From Lama glama (lineage: Eukaryota), in assembly GCA_028534125.1 (NCBI GenBank), contig CM052817.1, positions 98,768,001 through 98,832,000 on the forward strand: DNA of 64,000 nt, given 5' to 3'. The notes below the pieces were generated by a model. That model worked only from the letters and a program-made list of their open reading frames with translations, had not been told where the DNA came from and made no database searches. A program made the position numbers and the translations under genes. Below, piece by piece: positions 1-13,720 of the stretch. Every line of letters starts with the position of its first letter. Position 1 is the first letter of the stretch.

Positions 1-999
1 ACCTGTCTTTTTACCCAAATATCTCAAAAATGAATGTAGAAAAATCTATCAGATACTTCTTATGGCCACTGGAAGGGAAATGTAGACTTCTGAAGGAAAA
101 GTGTAGGTTGAGGAGGCTTCCTACATAAAGTGGAATATTCTCTATTTAAGAATAAGAACACCTATTGACTGATAGAGTCGTCATGGGCTTGGGTAAATCA
201 CAGAAGTAAAAGATATTTCTCTTAGAAAAGTCTTTTTCTCCCTACTTATGTATAATATAGAAAATGCAGGTCAAGGAAAAGAAAGGACTTTTATAGGAAT
301 GTCCACATGAGTTTTGTAGGGAACAATGGAGGAAATTAAGCAGCATTTCTGAAAGATATACACAAATTACACAGGAAAATGCAAGCCAAAGTATGGTAAC
401 AATATACAAGGGAATCTGATAGACAGAAAAACAAAACAACAACAAAAAAAAACTGAGCAAATTGCAAGAATGCATGAATAGCAGTTACACAAATACTGAG
501 TTTCACCACAATCAGATTATCATTCCTAAAGAGAAACATGTGGCTTCTAAAGTGTATTTTTTCCTAATTTCAATAAAGTTATGTCATTAGGTTTACATTG
601 TATTGAACATTATAGTTTCCAACATTCGATTTGTTTCTTCATTCCATCTTGTTTCGCCCCTCTAACATAATTAATTTTATACTGAAGTGTTTGGCTCATG
701 CTGTACTGAGAAGGAATAATATAAAACATTGGAGCAGTGTCTTCTGGAACAATACAAACTAGTTTTCTGATTTTCTAAGACCAGATCTGTTTACCAGGTT
801 GTTTTCTTAAACATAAACGACATTTTTAAAATAGGTTCTGAAAATTCTAGCAGATTAGAGTGAGGTTACAATGACTTTTCTAATTAATTAAGCTAATGAT
901 TAGACATAACACTTCATAGCGGCCTGCCCCAAGATAGGCTCTCAGTATGAATGGAAATAGACACTTTACAAATTGAGTTAATATAAGCACAGGATAACA

Positions 1000-2650
1000 C
1001 AAAACATCTTAAAGATTCACCCTGCAAGCAAGTGAAAATAAATTAGACCACAAGACAGGGGATATGGTAAATCAAAGAACTGATTCTTGGGGGACCCAGG
1101 GAAGGCAAGAAATGGAGAGGACAAATATTTAAGATGCCTAACGAAAAGAAAAATGAAAATCAAAGGTGTGCCAGATTGGAAAACATAAAAGTGTCATATA
1201 AACAGGAAATGCAGTTGAGATTTTAAAAATTGAAACAGATTTGGAAATCTCCAAATGAATGTTGTTCACGGAAAATATAAGTGAAATACAGAAATGGAAC
1301 ATCTAATTGAAATAGTGATCACTGAAATTTTAATAGTTATCCAAAAAAATTATCTTTGAAAAGCCCCAGATTAGAAGTATTTGTATGTAAAAAGCAACTC
1401 AAATCACCAACATATTAAAAAAGGTACACTGCTATGAGTAGACTTATGACAGGAACTAAAGGATGGCTTCCTATTAAGAAACCTGTTTATACATGAGATC
1501 TTGAAGAAAAAAGCGTAATGGTACAAACAGTCCCAAAAAGATGTTGCAAAGGCATTTGGCAAAATATGAATCCGTATCTAGTTAAAGATTTAGTAAGAAA
1601 AATGAAAGGTGAATTCTTTAATACACTAAAAAAAAAGAAGAATCTCTGTCTGAAACAAAACCACCCATATACTGGTAAACAAATTAGTGGAAGTATTTCT
1701 GTGTCAGTCAGGTACAAATAAGGACCTGGCAGCACTGGTATTGATCATTGTTCTATACATCCTTCCTGGTTTTTATTTAGTTTAATCGTAGTTTCAAGAA
1801 GGATCTAAATTTGTCTGCTTTTGGGTGAGGGGAGCAATACCCAACAAAGTAATTTTAAAAGTTAATCTGGAAAAATAAGCAGGAAAATTTTGGAAATAAT
1901 GATTAATGGGCTCTCCTGCTACCAGATATTAAATCATCATCCTCATGCCATACCAAAAATCAATTCCAGGTGTCTTAAAAATATAGATATCAAAAGGAGA
2001 CAAAAAAACTAAAAGAAAACATGCCAATAGTTGAAGTGGAAAGAGTTTTCTAAGTATAAAAGTAATGGAAAAGTCACAAAGGGAAAAGTTGACTGGTTGG
2101 ACGTAAAAAGTAAAAATTTCTAGCTGTCATAAGCAAAGGTTATATGCATTTAAAAATTCAATCTCACTAATAAAAATGCGAGTTAAGGCATTGAGATGTA
2201 TTTTTAATAGATAAAATTGACAGTTTTAGAAAGAAAATGTTATGTTTTAATGTGCAGTGAATCGGCATTCTCAAGGAATGATGGAAGTGTAAGTTTCAAA
2301 TCTTTATGGAAAGCTATTTTTTTGTACAACAAAAATGTTTTTGCTATTATAACTAGTAAATTAGCTTCTACTAGTTAATCCTAAATAACTGAAAATGCAA
2401 ATGTAATTATACAAAATAGTTTTCATCCCAGCAATAAGAGCAAAAGATTGGAAACAATTTAAAATCTCTAAAGTAGAAAATAGTTAAATGGTATTACCAT
2501 AGAATTCATATGTTGTGGCCATTGAAAATTCTATTTGGGAGAATACTTAAAGACATGGGAAAATGTTAAGCAGAAAAAGCAAGGAAAAAACTCTATAGCG
2601 TGTTTTCAATTTTGTGTTAAGAAAGAAAAACAAAGGAAGACTTTTTTAAA
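1000..2650 (+). mobile_element. Ancient, highly degraded L1 (L1M/L1ME-like) ORF2 and 3' end fragments
   Basis: A-rich + strand. 'aaaaagatgttgcaaaggcatttggcaaaat' (~1535) resembles the L1 RT segment encoding SIDAEKAFDKI. 1900-2640 resembles an L1 ORF2 end and 3' UTR ('aaaaatcaattccaggtg', 'gcaaaagattggaaacaa'). Boundaries approximate. Confidence 0.6.
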
Positions 2651-3731
2651 AATAAATTCAGAAGGAAACAAGATTATAGTTGCCATCAGAAATCCAGTAT
2701 TTGCTCTTCTGATTTCCTGTACTTCTTTCTCATGTCTGCTTAGAAGCAGAAACTCAAGCACTGAGAAAGAAAACGACTGATTTCAATCAGATTGGAGAAA
2801 TTCAAGCATTGAGTTAATCCTTGACATTTTGACATGTTGCTATAAAATGTTACAAGTATCACTTTTGCCACTATTTGGGTCTTATAGAACTTAAAATGCA
2901 AAGAAAAGAGATATTTTTAAACTTTGAAATAAAAGACTTCTTTGGAAAAACTGCAGATTTCATTGTTGATAGACACACCACCTGTGGATATTGTATTTTC
3001 AGACTGCCAGGTATCCTTAATGCTGTAGTTTTTCTAGGTGCTGATTTAGTATTTGTGCTTAGTATTTAAAACTGCAAGTCTGTCTTTTGGTCGATAGGTG
3101 TTATAAGTATAAAGAGAGCATTAAATCTTGCTTAGAATTAGCATAAGAAATATGTCTTGTGCTTAAGATTAATGCAAATCTTTCAGTGGGCAGTGTTCAT
3201 TTTGATTTTTTTTCTACAGAATGATTTTTTAATGGGTATGTAAAACTGTCTGCTCTCTGAAAATTCTCAAGGAAAGGCCAGCTTTGCTTAGGTGAAGAGG
3301 AAGGAACTAAGATGTGCTAATGGGTCATCCCTGCACAAAATTTTAGACTGTCTACCTTGACTTTAATGTTCTGTTCCTGGTTACTTCCTACCCAGATTTG
3401 TTGTTTTCATTTTAATCAGTCTGATTTTGTCAAAAGATAATTTATAGGCAGTTCATCCTGAACAGTCAGTGATCTCATTCTGACGCCTATGCTGGAGTTT
3501 TAAGGGCCCTGGTTATCCTTATGGGCTTGAAAGCTCTCCTGATTGAAGAGGCAATGGTCTGTTACGTGCCAGTAGCATTTATGTTGTGAAAACTATGTCC
3601 CTGATATCTTTTCTTCCCTTAAAGTGGAGATCACATCTTCCTGGTACTGTTGTCTCCATTTACAAGGTCTGATTTGGTTTGTCTCTATAAAATCACTTTG
3701 GATAAAATCACATTTGAGAGTTTTATTCAAG

Positions 3732-3925
3732 CAGTGGTTCCAGCTGGGTGCACTTTTGCCCCTTGGGGACATTTGGCGATGTCTGGAGTCGGTCTTGACT
3801 AGAGATGAGGATTCTACTGGCACCGAGTGGGTGGAGGCTGCTCCCCATCCTGCCAGGCACAGGGCAGTCACAGCATGATTCTCTGGGGCCCAAAATGTCA
3901 GTAATGCTGAGACTCAGACATCTTG
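3732..3925. mobile_element. MER20 (hAT-Charlie non-autonomous DNA transposon)
   Basis: 'cagtggttc...ttttgccccttggggacatttggcgatgtctggag...ggcccaaaatgtcagtaatgctgag' matches the recalled MER20 consensus. Confidence 0.85.
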
Positions 3926-5934
3926 GTATAAAGTAAGTGACATGATTTCAAAGGAAAGTGATACTTACTAAAACATTAACTTTGTTGTCAGTTAGGCCAT
4001 GTGCTATACGTTCTGTTTATTTCTGGACTTACGGATTTTTCTCATAACCTTTTGTCCACTTTTTCTCTAACTGAGGCAGGTGTGTTGGAATATCATGGTT
4101 TGTTATCTTTGTTGTCCTGGATTTCAAACTCTTTGTCTTCGTTGTGTGAGGCTGACGTGCAGGTAGGTAGTGTGGCTTCACAGGGGATTAAATAAAGATG
4201 GCCCCGAAAGTTTCACATTTGAAGAGAAGCCTCAGAAATCAGGGTTTAATCTTGTGACATTTTAAGTATTTTTTACTTTAAAGTGATGCCATGATTATCA
4301 ATTTAAATATGTACATATATATACACACACACACACAACCTATGTATTTATAGATAGGATGACTAGAAAAAAATCATTTGTAAATGGAAGTCATCACTAT
4401 TCCCCTCAGTAATTTTCTTTTAACTTGTAATTAATTTAAATGCTTCACTTGTTTTTCTTTCTAAAAGCAAAACCTTCTTGAACTTTTAAGTTAAATTGTA
4501 TAGGGAAACAAGGTTTACTTTTAACATTTTTTAAAGTCAGGATGACTTTCATATAATAAACTACAGCAGGGGGAAGTTCTTTAAAAAAAAAAGTCTTCAT
4601 TCTGTTAAAGGGCTAAAAGTTTCAAATATAGCTTTCGTCCACATATGTAAAAGATTCTAGCTTTTAGCTTTCCCAGAAACAGCAAAGTTTTAACATAAAA
4701 GAAACATATTTAGTGGAATTTTGGAACAAGTTGATTCTTGTCATGGGCAGAGGCAAAACAGATTCAGAAATTGCTAGCAGTTGATACTTTCAGGGTAAAA
4801 TACTTCCAGACTTTGGGACCGCCGCCAGCCTCAGGATGCCCCACGCCATGGCTGCTTCTGGGGAACGTGGCAACTCCTTGGAGTGCATCCATCTTACCGA
4901 CTATCTTAGAGTTTATGAAGGTTTTCACCCACATTTTTTCAAAAAGATGATTTCATGGGTGCTATTATATAACATTTATTTTGTATCTTTTACTTTTCCA
5001 GCATCACATTATACCTGTGAAGATTCATTTCTTTGTAATGATCCAGCCATACTTATTTAAAGCAATCTCTTCTCAAAAATTGCTATAGAAAAATCAACTG
5101 GTTAAATATAAGTATTTTCTATAATTCATTTAATCCTGGTATAATTTTTCCTTGAAGTAGATGAGGACAGTTTGGATTTCCTTTTGTAGATAATAGAAAT
5201 TCACAGACAACAGTGTTTTGTCCTCCTAGATAAACTGAATTCACACCTGAAGTGTAGGTAGCCCTGGTCTATCTCAAGCAATGGAAAATTTATCCCAATC
5301 AGGAATCTACAGACTCTGTGTAACTGGTGGGATTTTCTCAGTGCAGCTAGAAGTCCAAGTACAGAAAGGGAGAAAACGTCAACTTGTTCTTTGATCCCTG
5401 ATCTAAGCAGATTTATCTCTGACTTTAAAAAAGTGAGAAGGCTTAATCTTTGCTTTTTATTTAGTGAATCCCTCCTCTCAGAGAATGATCTGAAAAGTGG
5501 GAAGAAGGAAGGAAGCGTTTAGATGTCTTTGTTCTTCTTTTGTTAAAGTGAAGTTTGTGTTTTGCCATTCTGGTCTCCACTGTATAGATCGTCCCCCGAC
5601 CTCAAGTAGTACCTTCTCCCTTTTAATGGGAAACTGTAGGAACACACTAAAATCCTGTTAGTAATGACCGGAGGTGCACCTTAGGAGAAGAGATGCTTAA
5701 GAAAAGCAGTTTTAGCTCTCAGTGAATTATGCAATGTCAAGTGTAGGAGAGATAAAAATGACGTCACTGCAAACGCTTCTGTTTCCTTATTTATTTCTTT
5801 GATGTCTAAGTTGGAGTAATGCATAGAACACAAAGATTGTATTAAATTAGTTTCGTTGTGTTATGAATTTATTTTTCAGTGGTTATTACAAGTATTAAAA
5901 AATATATTTTGCCACATATGTGTTGTACAGTGCT

Positions 5935-6165
5935 GAGAATAATAGCTAACAGCCTCATTAGCTAACAGCCAATAGCTTTCTTTGTCAGGCATCACATTGT
6001 GCTTTGTATCAGCCTTCTCCATGAGTCCTTGAGAGTCAGGTCGTGCAGTTTCCATTTAGCAGTGGGCAGGTTGAAAGAAAGAGAAATGAAGTAACCTGCC
6101 CAGAGTCATGCAGCTGGTGGTGCATACCCTGGGAGTGTGATCCTAGACCACATGCTTTTCATGGC
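5935..6165 (-). mobile_element. MIR SINE
   Basis: Antisense MIR core 'gaagtaacctgcccagagtcatgcagctggt'; starts 'aataatagctaac'. Confidence 0.65.
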
Positions 6166-7421
6166 TGCTCCGTGAGCCCTCTGCCTGCAGGCGTGGTGAA
6201 CAGCTTCGGTGATGGTGAGGAGGGACAGGACAAGTCACTAATATGCTAAACAGGTTACTTCCAAAGATTTTTGGGGGGTTTTAAAATGATACTGTTTTAC
6301 CTCAGGTTTCTCTAAAATCTGTGTAATAATAGGTTATGTGGTAAAATTACACTTTGGGTAGGATCTGAAAAATGGAAAAATTGGTTAAGGAGTGATGATA
6401 TGCTTGACAAAAAGACAACTCAGTTATTTTATAGATTTAACTTTTAAAAATGAAAATATATGACATTGCATAGGTGTTTAGAAAATACAGGAGAAAATAA
6501 ATGCACAATCCTTCCATCTAAACACTGTTTTCAAGGATTCCTGTCTATGCTTTCAAATACACGTTTTTGTCTTTTTAAAAAGAAAACTACCCAAATAAAT
6601 CAGGACATTTCTATTGGAAAAATTCAAACAATTCAGGGAAATGCAAAGAATGAAAGTTTCTTTTCACATCTGCCCATCTTCCTCAACCTACTCTACTTCT
6701 TAAAAGGATCCACTAACAGCTTAGTTTTAATCATGTATCATGCTTTTTTCACTTATTAATCATACTCTTCCATGCTGTTATATAATTTGCACCTTTCATA
6801 CTTAAATGACTGAATAATAGTCAGTTAGCTAGGTGGACTGTGATTGATTTACCCTATTCCTGGACATTTGGGCTGTTTCCAGCTTTTCATTTTATCCTCT
6901 GATCTTGCTACATGTCGATTTTACCATGCGTTGGATCAGTTCCTTTCTTTAGGATAGATTCCTACGGGCAGATTACTGGAAGAGACTCTTTGTAAGGGTT
7001 TGAGAGATACAATCAAAGCTGTAGACACAAAGTTGTCCTAGTTGGTAACACTCTTGGCCTGTGCCCCAGTATTTCTGAAGCTGGGAGAGACTTATGAATG
7101 CATTAGATACGACAGCCAGGTACAACGTGCGTACTTAACTTCTTGCATGGAAAATGATACATTCTGTGAAATTCCTGTTGTGTAAATTGAAGCCTACATG
7201 TATTCCTCTTACCATCTCCACCTTTGCTACTTTCTGTTCTAGAGAGTAGTTTAAGGAGAAAAGCCAGCTGACCTGTGTATCAGTTTTATGTTCAAGGCAA
7301 GCGTCAACCAGCTGGTCTTGAGGATGTTAAGCTTAGTAGGGAGAAACTTTTTTTTAGCAGATAGCCCACATTATGATACTATGTCACTTTAATCTTGAAC
7401 TAAAAGACCTATCATTTCATT

Positions 7422-7489
7422 TTTTTTAACATTTTAAAAATTGAGGTATAGTTGATTTACAATATTGTATTAGTTTCTGGTGTACAGCA
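7422..7489 (-). mobile_element. Extremely 5'-truncated L1 3' terminus with 21-bp TSD
   Basis: 'ttgaggtatagttgatttacaatattgtattagtttctggtgtacagca' is an antisense L1 3' end. It is flanked by the direct repeat taaaagacctatcatttcatt (7401-7421 and 7490-7510). Confidence 0.85.
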
Positions 7490-10325
7490 TAAAAGACCTA
7501 TCATTTCATTCAATTTTTAAAAAAATAACCTTTCCCTAGTTGCCCAAAATCCCATAGGTGTATTTCTGGTGTTCAGTGAAGTCAGGTAACTTCTTTCTTT
7601 GTACTGTTTTGACACAGAATTGAGTCAAGGATATTACTTGCAATATTTGCTTTGTAATGTTAATTGCTTTTGGTCATAGCTAACTTTTGGATTTGTTCTG
7701 TTGCTTTTGTATGCTGTCATGAATGTCTGTTGATCACAATTTCTACCAGTGTGTGTAATATGTAATATTTCTTTACAAGTTTTACTAGATTTCATGAAAG
7801 GGTCATTCACTCACCATGCCTTATGATAAAAACAAGGACAGGTGCAAAGCCAGTAGAGTATTTTAGAATGTATAATTGAGGTGGGAAATTATTTACTCCA
7901 ACTTGCTAAAGTTACAGATGAGAAATCTGGGGGGCTCACTGCAGCTTTTGAGAACATGTTGAAATCTTTGATTCTTCTCTACCAAGTAAAGCCTCACTCA
8001 AAATCTGGTGTATGATCAGCTTGTTTGCAGTTTAAGAAACTCTTCTTTGGCCTGTTTTACTCTGTTCATTTTAGTTGAGGGAAGTGTTTATTTTCAGCCT
8101 TCAAGTCATTGATTTTTCTAGGGAGCAGAAGATAAGCTTGACCATGGTCATCCACATAACTGACTCTAAAACTAACAATTGCTTCGTAGAGGAAAATAGT
8201 GCTAGAGTCTGTGTTTGCTATTTCAGTAACCCTGTGCAGTTTTTTGGATTTAAACATTAATCTCTTGCATTGCTTTTATGTAAGGAAGAGCACCACACTT
8301 CAAACAGTAAGGCTGGCTTTCATGAATATTCTCTCCATGTATTTTTAGAAATTCTAATTGTAGTGTGATGCCAGCGCCAGACGCCCAGCAAAGTGTTGGA
8401 AAGCTCGTAGTCATTAGAGGTTCGCCTCCGTAGAAGTTCAATTCTCTGAGCCTGAGGACTGTTAGGAACGAAGCAGCGCTTACCCAGAAGGAGCCTTCTG
8501 CTCTTCCTGACGACGTGTTTCAGGCTCTGTTAAGACTTCAAATAGTAAAGTTTTATTTTACGTTTTCCTTTTTTGTTTTGTGATGGTTTATGGCAAGCGT
8601 CTCCAAATGTGAGCATAAAGGCATTTGATTGTGTTTTTAAATACTGCTCTTTGTTTGCCCACAGGGTAAGCCATCAAAGTGCCATTTTAAGTATGAGTTA
8701 TGGGAGATATTGAAATATCTGTGTATTGGTACTTATTGAAGCCGACATTAGTTACGTGGTTGTGTTTCTGAATGATTAAATTTATTAAACACCTGATCTT
8801 TACTATCACTTTATGGTATATATTTTTGGTGGTAAAATATTATGGCTACACATGCCATTGAAAATACATTAAAAAGGTAGTTTTTTTTCTTTTTATGAAA
8901 TACAAAGGTTGTGTAAATGGAAACTTGTAAAAGCCCAGTTAGGTAACTTAATCCAAATTTTAACATTTTATATGTCTTTTCACTTATTTCAGTAGTCTAG
9001 ATTTTTACATGTAGATAAAAGATACAGCTTTTCTGGGAGTTTTAAAAGTGATTTTCGCCTCAGAGCATTCCTGCCTAGGCAGCACAATCAGTCAATGTCT
9101 TCTCCATCTCCTGAGCTTCTAGGAGCTGAGAGTTGTGGTCAGTGTGATGTGTGCCCTAAGGATCTGGGTATATGCACTGGAGTCAGAAAATGCAAACTGA
9201 AATCTGATTTAAACACATTCATTTCCTGTGGCACACAATTGCATTTTAATACTGAATGAGACAGGGTTCACACTTATGCAATGAGGAACATCATTAAAGA
9301 TTTCTAGTGATGAGAGAGAAGAGACACGAACATTTAGTGCCAGCTCCTGTGGCGGACTTTTTACACATTTTGTCCCTTAATGCTCGTGAGCAGCCTGAGG
9401 TAGGGAAACGGTGATACCTCCGTGCCAGGAATGTTACAGAGCACATCCAGCCGACTTGTTGGTCCTTTGGTTTCAGCAGACTTCTTGACATGACAGTGCA
9501 CTCATCCCATGAGGTTGCCTTTGCTCCACACATCTTTTATTTACTCTTGGAGCTCATTTTCAAGACCCAAGGGAAGGTCCGTCTCACTAGTTTCTAATTA
9601 TTCCTGATCATTTTCCAGAATCTATTATGAAGCACACCTGTTTACTTTGTTCTTTAGATTTGGCTCAGAATGGCCTCCTACACTTTTCCCCCCCAAAACT
9701 TATATTCACCCTCCAAGGATCAAGAGTTTATTTTATTCTATTGGTCGTAATTCCTGACTGTCATTTATTTTGTGTCTCAGGTGTCCTAGTTTTGGTCAAT
9801 GGAACCTTTTCCAAGTTGGATCCTGTGTCTTTCTGACGTATTTAAGGTTACAAGGGCGAGTAAAGGCCATAGGGAACCTTGTCAGGTTCTTAATTAGACC
9901 TTGTGGCCAACAAAAGAACAATGGCAATTCTGTGTCCCAGTGATGGCTCTAGGTCCACTGTTTCAGTTGTCTTCTCTCCATGTGTGTCTAAGACAGGTGA
10001 TTTCTGTTCATTGCATACAACTCCTGGTTTCTGTGCAGCTCAGTCTTTGTCTTCTCGGTATGTTTGCCGTTAAACCCCCAGGAACTAGGGCCTAGGGTAA
10101 GTCTGATTGTGTTGGTTGGTTGGTGTCTGGTGTAAGAGCGTCATCACAGGCCATGAGCCTCCCTGTTCGTGCCCTAGCGATGACTGCTTTTAGGGGAACA
10201 CTCATAATTTGCTGTGAACAGAAATTTTGCTGTGGTTTGAGTCGTATGACCCTGCAGCCTGTGTGCAATGAACTTGGCTTGTCAGGGACTTGTGAGTATT
10301 GAGGGCATGCAGTGACTTTCTGATT

Positions 10326-10551
10326 CAGCGGTTCTTGACCGGGGATAATTTTGCCCTGGAGGAGACATTTGGAAATTGCTGCAGACATTTTTTGATGTTT
10401 TACTGGTGTGGGGTGGGGGAGAATGTGCGCCTGGCACATAATAGACAGAGGCCAGGGATGCTGTTATGTACCTGACGGTGCACAGGACAGCCCCTCACAG
10501 CAAAAGATTACCTGGTTTAAAACATCAATAGTGCTGAGACCGAGAAACCAT
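10326..10551. mobile_element. MER20 (hAT-Charlie)
   Basis: 'cagcggttcttgaccgggg...gacatttgg...gaggccagggatgctg...tgcacaggacagcccc...caatagtgctgagaccgagaaacc', a near full-length copy. Confidence 0.9.
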
Positions 10552-13500
10552 GGCCTGGTTTAATAGATATAAAGAGAAAAGAGATGAGGTGCTGAGGGAA
10601 ATGCAGGTGGTTTTGGAATGGCCTGTGTAAGGGGTGGAGGTAGTTATGAATGGTTGAGTGTGGAGTTTTGAAAGTAAAAAGTTAGGCCAGGGAAGGTTGT
10701 GCACAGGACACACCACATTTCCAAGGGATGTGAACTTCATCCATTAGGCTGTGGTGAGAGGGTCAGATTTGCACTTTAGGATGTTTACTGTGGAGAATAT
10801 AAAGTGAGTTCACAAAGATTGGTCAATCCTAGAGGATTGAATGTCCCAGGATGTGGGAAGCTGTCTCAGAGAGTATTATTTCAGAGTTTTAATACGTCTT
10901 ACAGTTTCCTAAATGCTTATAGAAGTTGGCTCCTAAACTCTATTCCATATAGGAAGCAGACATTCCTAAAGAAATTTAAGTAGTTTCAGAGGGTAAAGAT
11001 TTGGTTTTAGCAGGAAATGAGAAAGAGAATGGGTCAGGGTCATGGGGTCTCTAAAGTTCAAGGACAGAAAGCCTCATTTGATTGGATATTATGCAGAATC
11101 CTCATAGTGACTGGAAAGAAGTGGTATTTTTTTTCATTATTAGTGTTTAAAAAAAAAAAGCATTAACTTTCCCAGTGTTTTTTATGTTGTCAGATTGTTT
11201 GAGGTTTTGTGGCAGGATGGAGGTCAGGATTGTTATTTAGAAGTAATGCTGCAGCGTGGGTAGATGCTGCCTTTCCTGACCTGCTGCTGGCATGTGAATG
11301 CTCTTCCCCCTCCTTTCACAGCATACACCTGACGGCCAGTGATCGGTGACCACGAGGGAAATTTATATGTCATAAACCCTGTTATTGCCGTGTGAGAAGT
11401 ACTGCAGTATTCTGTCCCCATAACACATTTGTTTACAAATGGCTTAAAGGACAGTCACTATGACAACTAAGAAACTTGAATACCAAGGTAGCAGAAGAAA
11501 AATACTTTTCCATAAAATGTTCAGCATGGCCTAGAAAACGAATGGTTCAGTCCTCATGAGTCGGAGCATAATAGATCTATTGGAATCAATAGGGTTTCTT
11601 CCTAAAATCTGTATTTTTTCCTCCTTTCATGAAAGTAGAAATTGCTTTGAAGAGGCGCCTAATCTCCATGAATGATTTGGCTTTTCAGGCAGTTGTATCT
11701 GCAGTTTTCCTGCTGACATATTTAGGCTAATCTGGTGACATACAATTTAGTTCCTGCTTAATGGCTTCCTCCAACCACGTTTAGAGTAATTTAGGCTGTG
11801 ACAGGAGGAACGAGAGAGCAGGACCGGGTCCATGGGCTTTTTGCCTGGAAGTTTGGTTTTGGGTTTTTTTTTTTTAAGGTATATAAAGACAGATATATGG
11901 GTATCTGTAAATTTTATATATATTTTAAAGTATGTATCAAATTTCATTGTTTACCAAATACCCAGTCGTCCAGCCCACGTAAGGAACCTGGAATACTAAA
12001 GCTCAGACCTGCTCCCGACCGTCCGGCTCCTTCAGAATGAGGCGGGCTCCCTGTTCTCAAGGGCAGTGCACTCTGGTGACGAAATAGAAGACACGTGACA
12101 GAATTAGACAGTGACGAAGGCCTAATGGATATTGCTGTTCAGCTAAGGAACAGAGGCCTGAACTACAGGACCTGGGAAGAGTTCATGAAGACATGGAATG
12201 TCAGCTGGGTTACAGCTGGGGAGACTGATTTAAAGAGATTGTTCCCACCCACAGCGCACACGCACACACACATGCAGCAGCAGCAGCAGCAACAAAGGAA
12301 AAGCAAGTAAGAAAGTGAATGGCAGGACTAAGGGAAATAAGAATAATGTCAGGTCAAAAAAAAATAATAATAATGTCAGGTCAAGTAAGAAATGAGTTTG
12401 GAGAAATTTGGAGGGAGGACTGGACTACGTTCCAAGAAAGGGCAATGTGGAGGGGGCTATCAGCTTGTGATGAAACAGTGATGTGATAAAACTCTGCTTT
12501 GGGGTCAGTCTGCCACTGGGCTGATTTTGAGATGAGAGGAGGACTGCACAGCCCGTCAGGAGTCCTCGCAGCCGTGAGCGTTGGGTCCAGAGTGTATGAC
12601 AGAGGCGGGCTGGGGGCAGATGACGGGAAGCAGAGGATCCAGACTGAGCACCAGGTCTACAGCATGGCCCGCCAGGAAAACCGGAGAGTGCCCCAGCCCA
12701 GAGTTTGGGAAGAGCTCCCCGGCGCCCTCTGCAGGATTGCCGAGCTGAGCCGTGGAGCTGGCTACAGGCGCTACCGCAGAAAGCCTTCGAGCCCTGGTTC
12801 CTGCAGGGCCACCACAGGCTGAGCAAGCGGAAATACCAAGGGCCCAGAGTGCGGCGTCTGCGGTGAGGCGGTCGCTTTGTTGAGGGGGCATGGCAGCTCG
12901 CTGTCATGTTTGAAGTCGAGAAAAGCCCAGTGCATTTTTATCCAGGAATAAATTAAACTGATTTTTAAAAATACCCACTTCAGTGTTAGCCTGATGAGGT
13001 AAAAATAATGTTTCTGTTGAACTCTGTATCACAAATTGCTGGTGTGGGAGGTTTTTAAAAAGTAGATGTTTTTTGTGTGAAGAAAACAGACTATTGTTTG
13101 TACCTAAGTAAAATTTAACCCTAGCTTATGTGGCAGATATCCCTGTTTTGCTGTTAGCCTGATGTGACCCCAGAGAATGTGGTGAAGAACTACATTGTGA
13201 CTGGAGCACATTTGCTGAATATGTGTAAGAGCCCATGAGACTGTCCTGAGAGAAAATAGCTGAGGTCCCCTTTGAGTGTTTATCTGGGTCTCTTATCTGA
13301 GCCTGAGGCCATCCTAGGTTACCAGAGGGACTGGGTCCTGGAGTTACTGTTCCTTGTCTGAAACCTTTTTATTAGTATTAGAAATGCTCTAAGAGTACTA
13401 GGGAGACACCCCCAGACGCTGTCACCTCCTTGTTGCATCTTGGCAGGACCTTCTGTTTCTTCTCTGGGTGACATGTGCTGCTGCCTCTCCCTCCTGGACA

Positions 13501-13561
13501 GAGGGGAGCCTCTCTTTCTTGGGACTAACCTCTGGGAAGCAGTGTAGGAGTCCCGTGTTCA

Positions 13562-13720
13562 CAACCAGCTACATAATTTGTGGGGCCCAGTGCGAGATGA
13601 AAATGCAGGACTCCTTGTTCGAAAATTATGAAGACCCTCTAGCCAGCAACATCAGAATGCTAAACCCAGCATGGGGCCCTGTCTGTCTGCACAGATCGCA
13701 CGCCCACAGAGCCAGCCCTG
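13562..13720. mobile_element. MER91A-like (hAT-Tip100)
   Basis: 'gctacataatttgtggggcccagtgcgagatgaaaatg...tgcacagatcgcacgccc...gccagccctg'. Confidence 0.75.

Noticed and set aside
1..600. A-rich stretch ending in AATAAA as a processed pseudogene
   Set aside because: Stops in all frames, no recognisable parent gene, and no poly(A) tail or TSD. More likely very old L1-type sequence.
12095..12310. ORF with a poly-Q tract
   Set aside because: A short (CA)n/(CAG)n microsatellite in degenerate repeat-like DNA, with no exon context.
12425..12907. 160-aa ORF and overlapping ORFs
   Set aside because: A GC-rich patch with few stop codons; ORFs overlap on both strands and show no homology I recognise.
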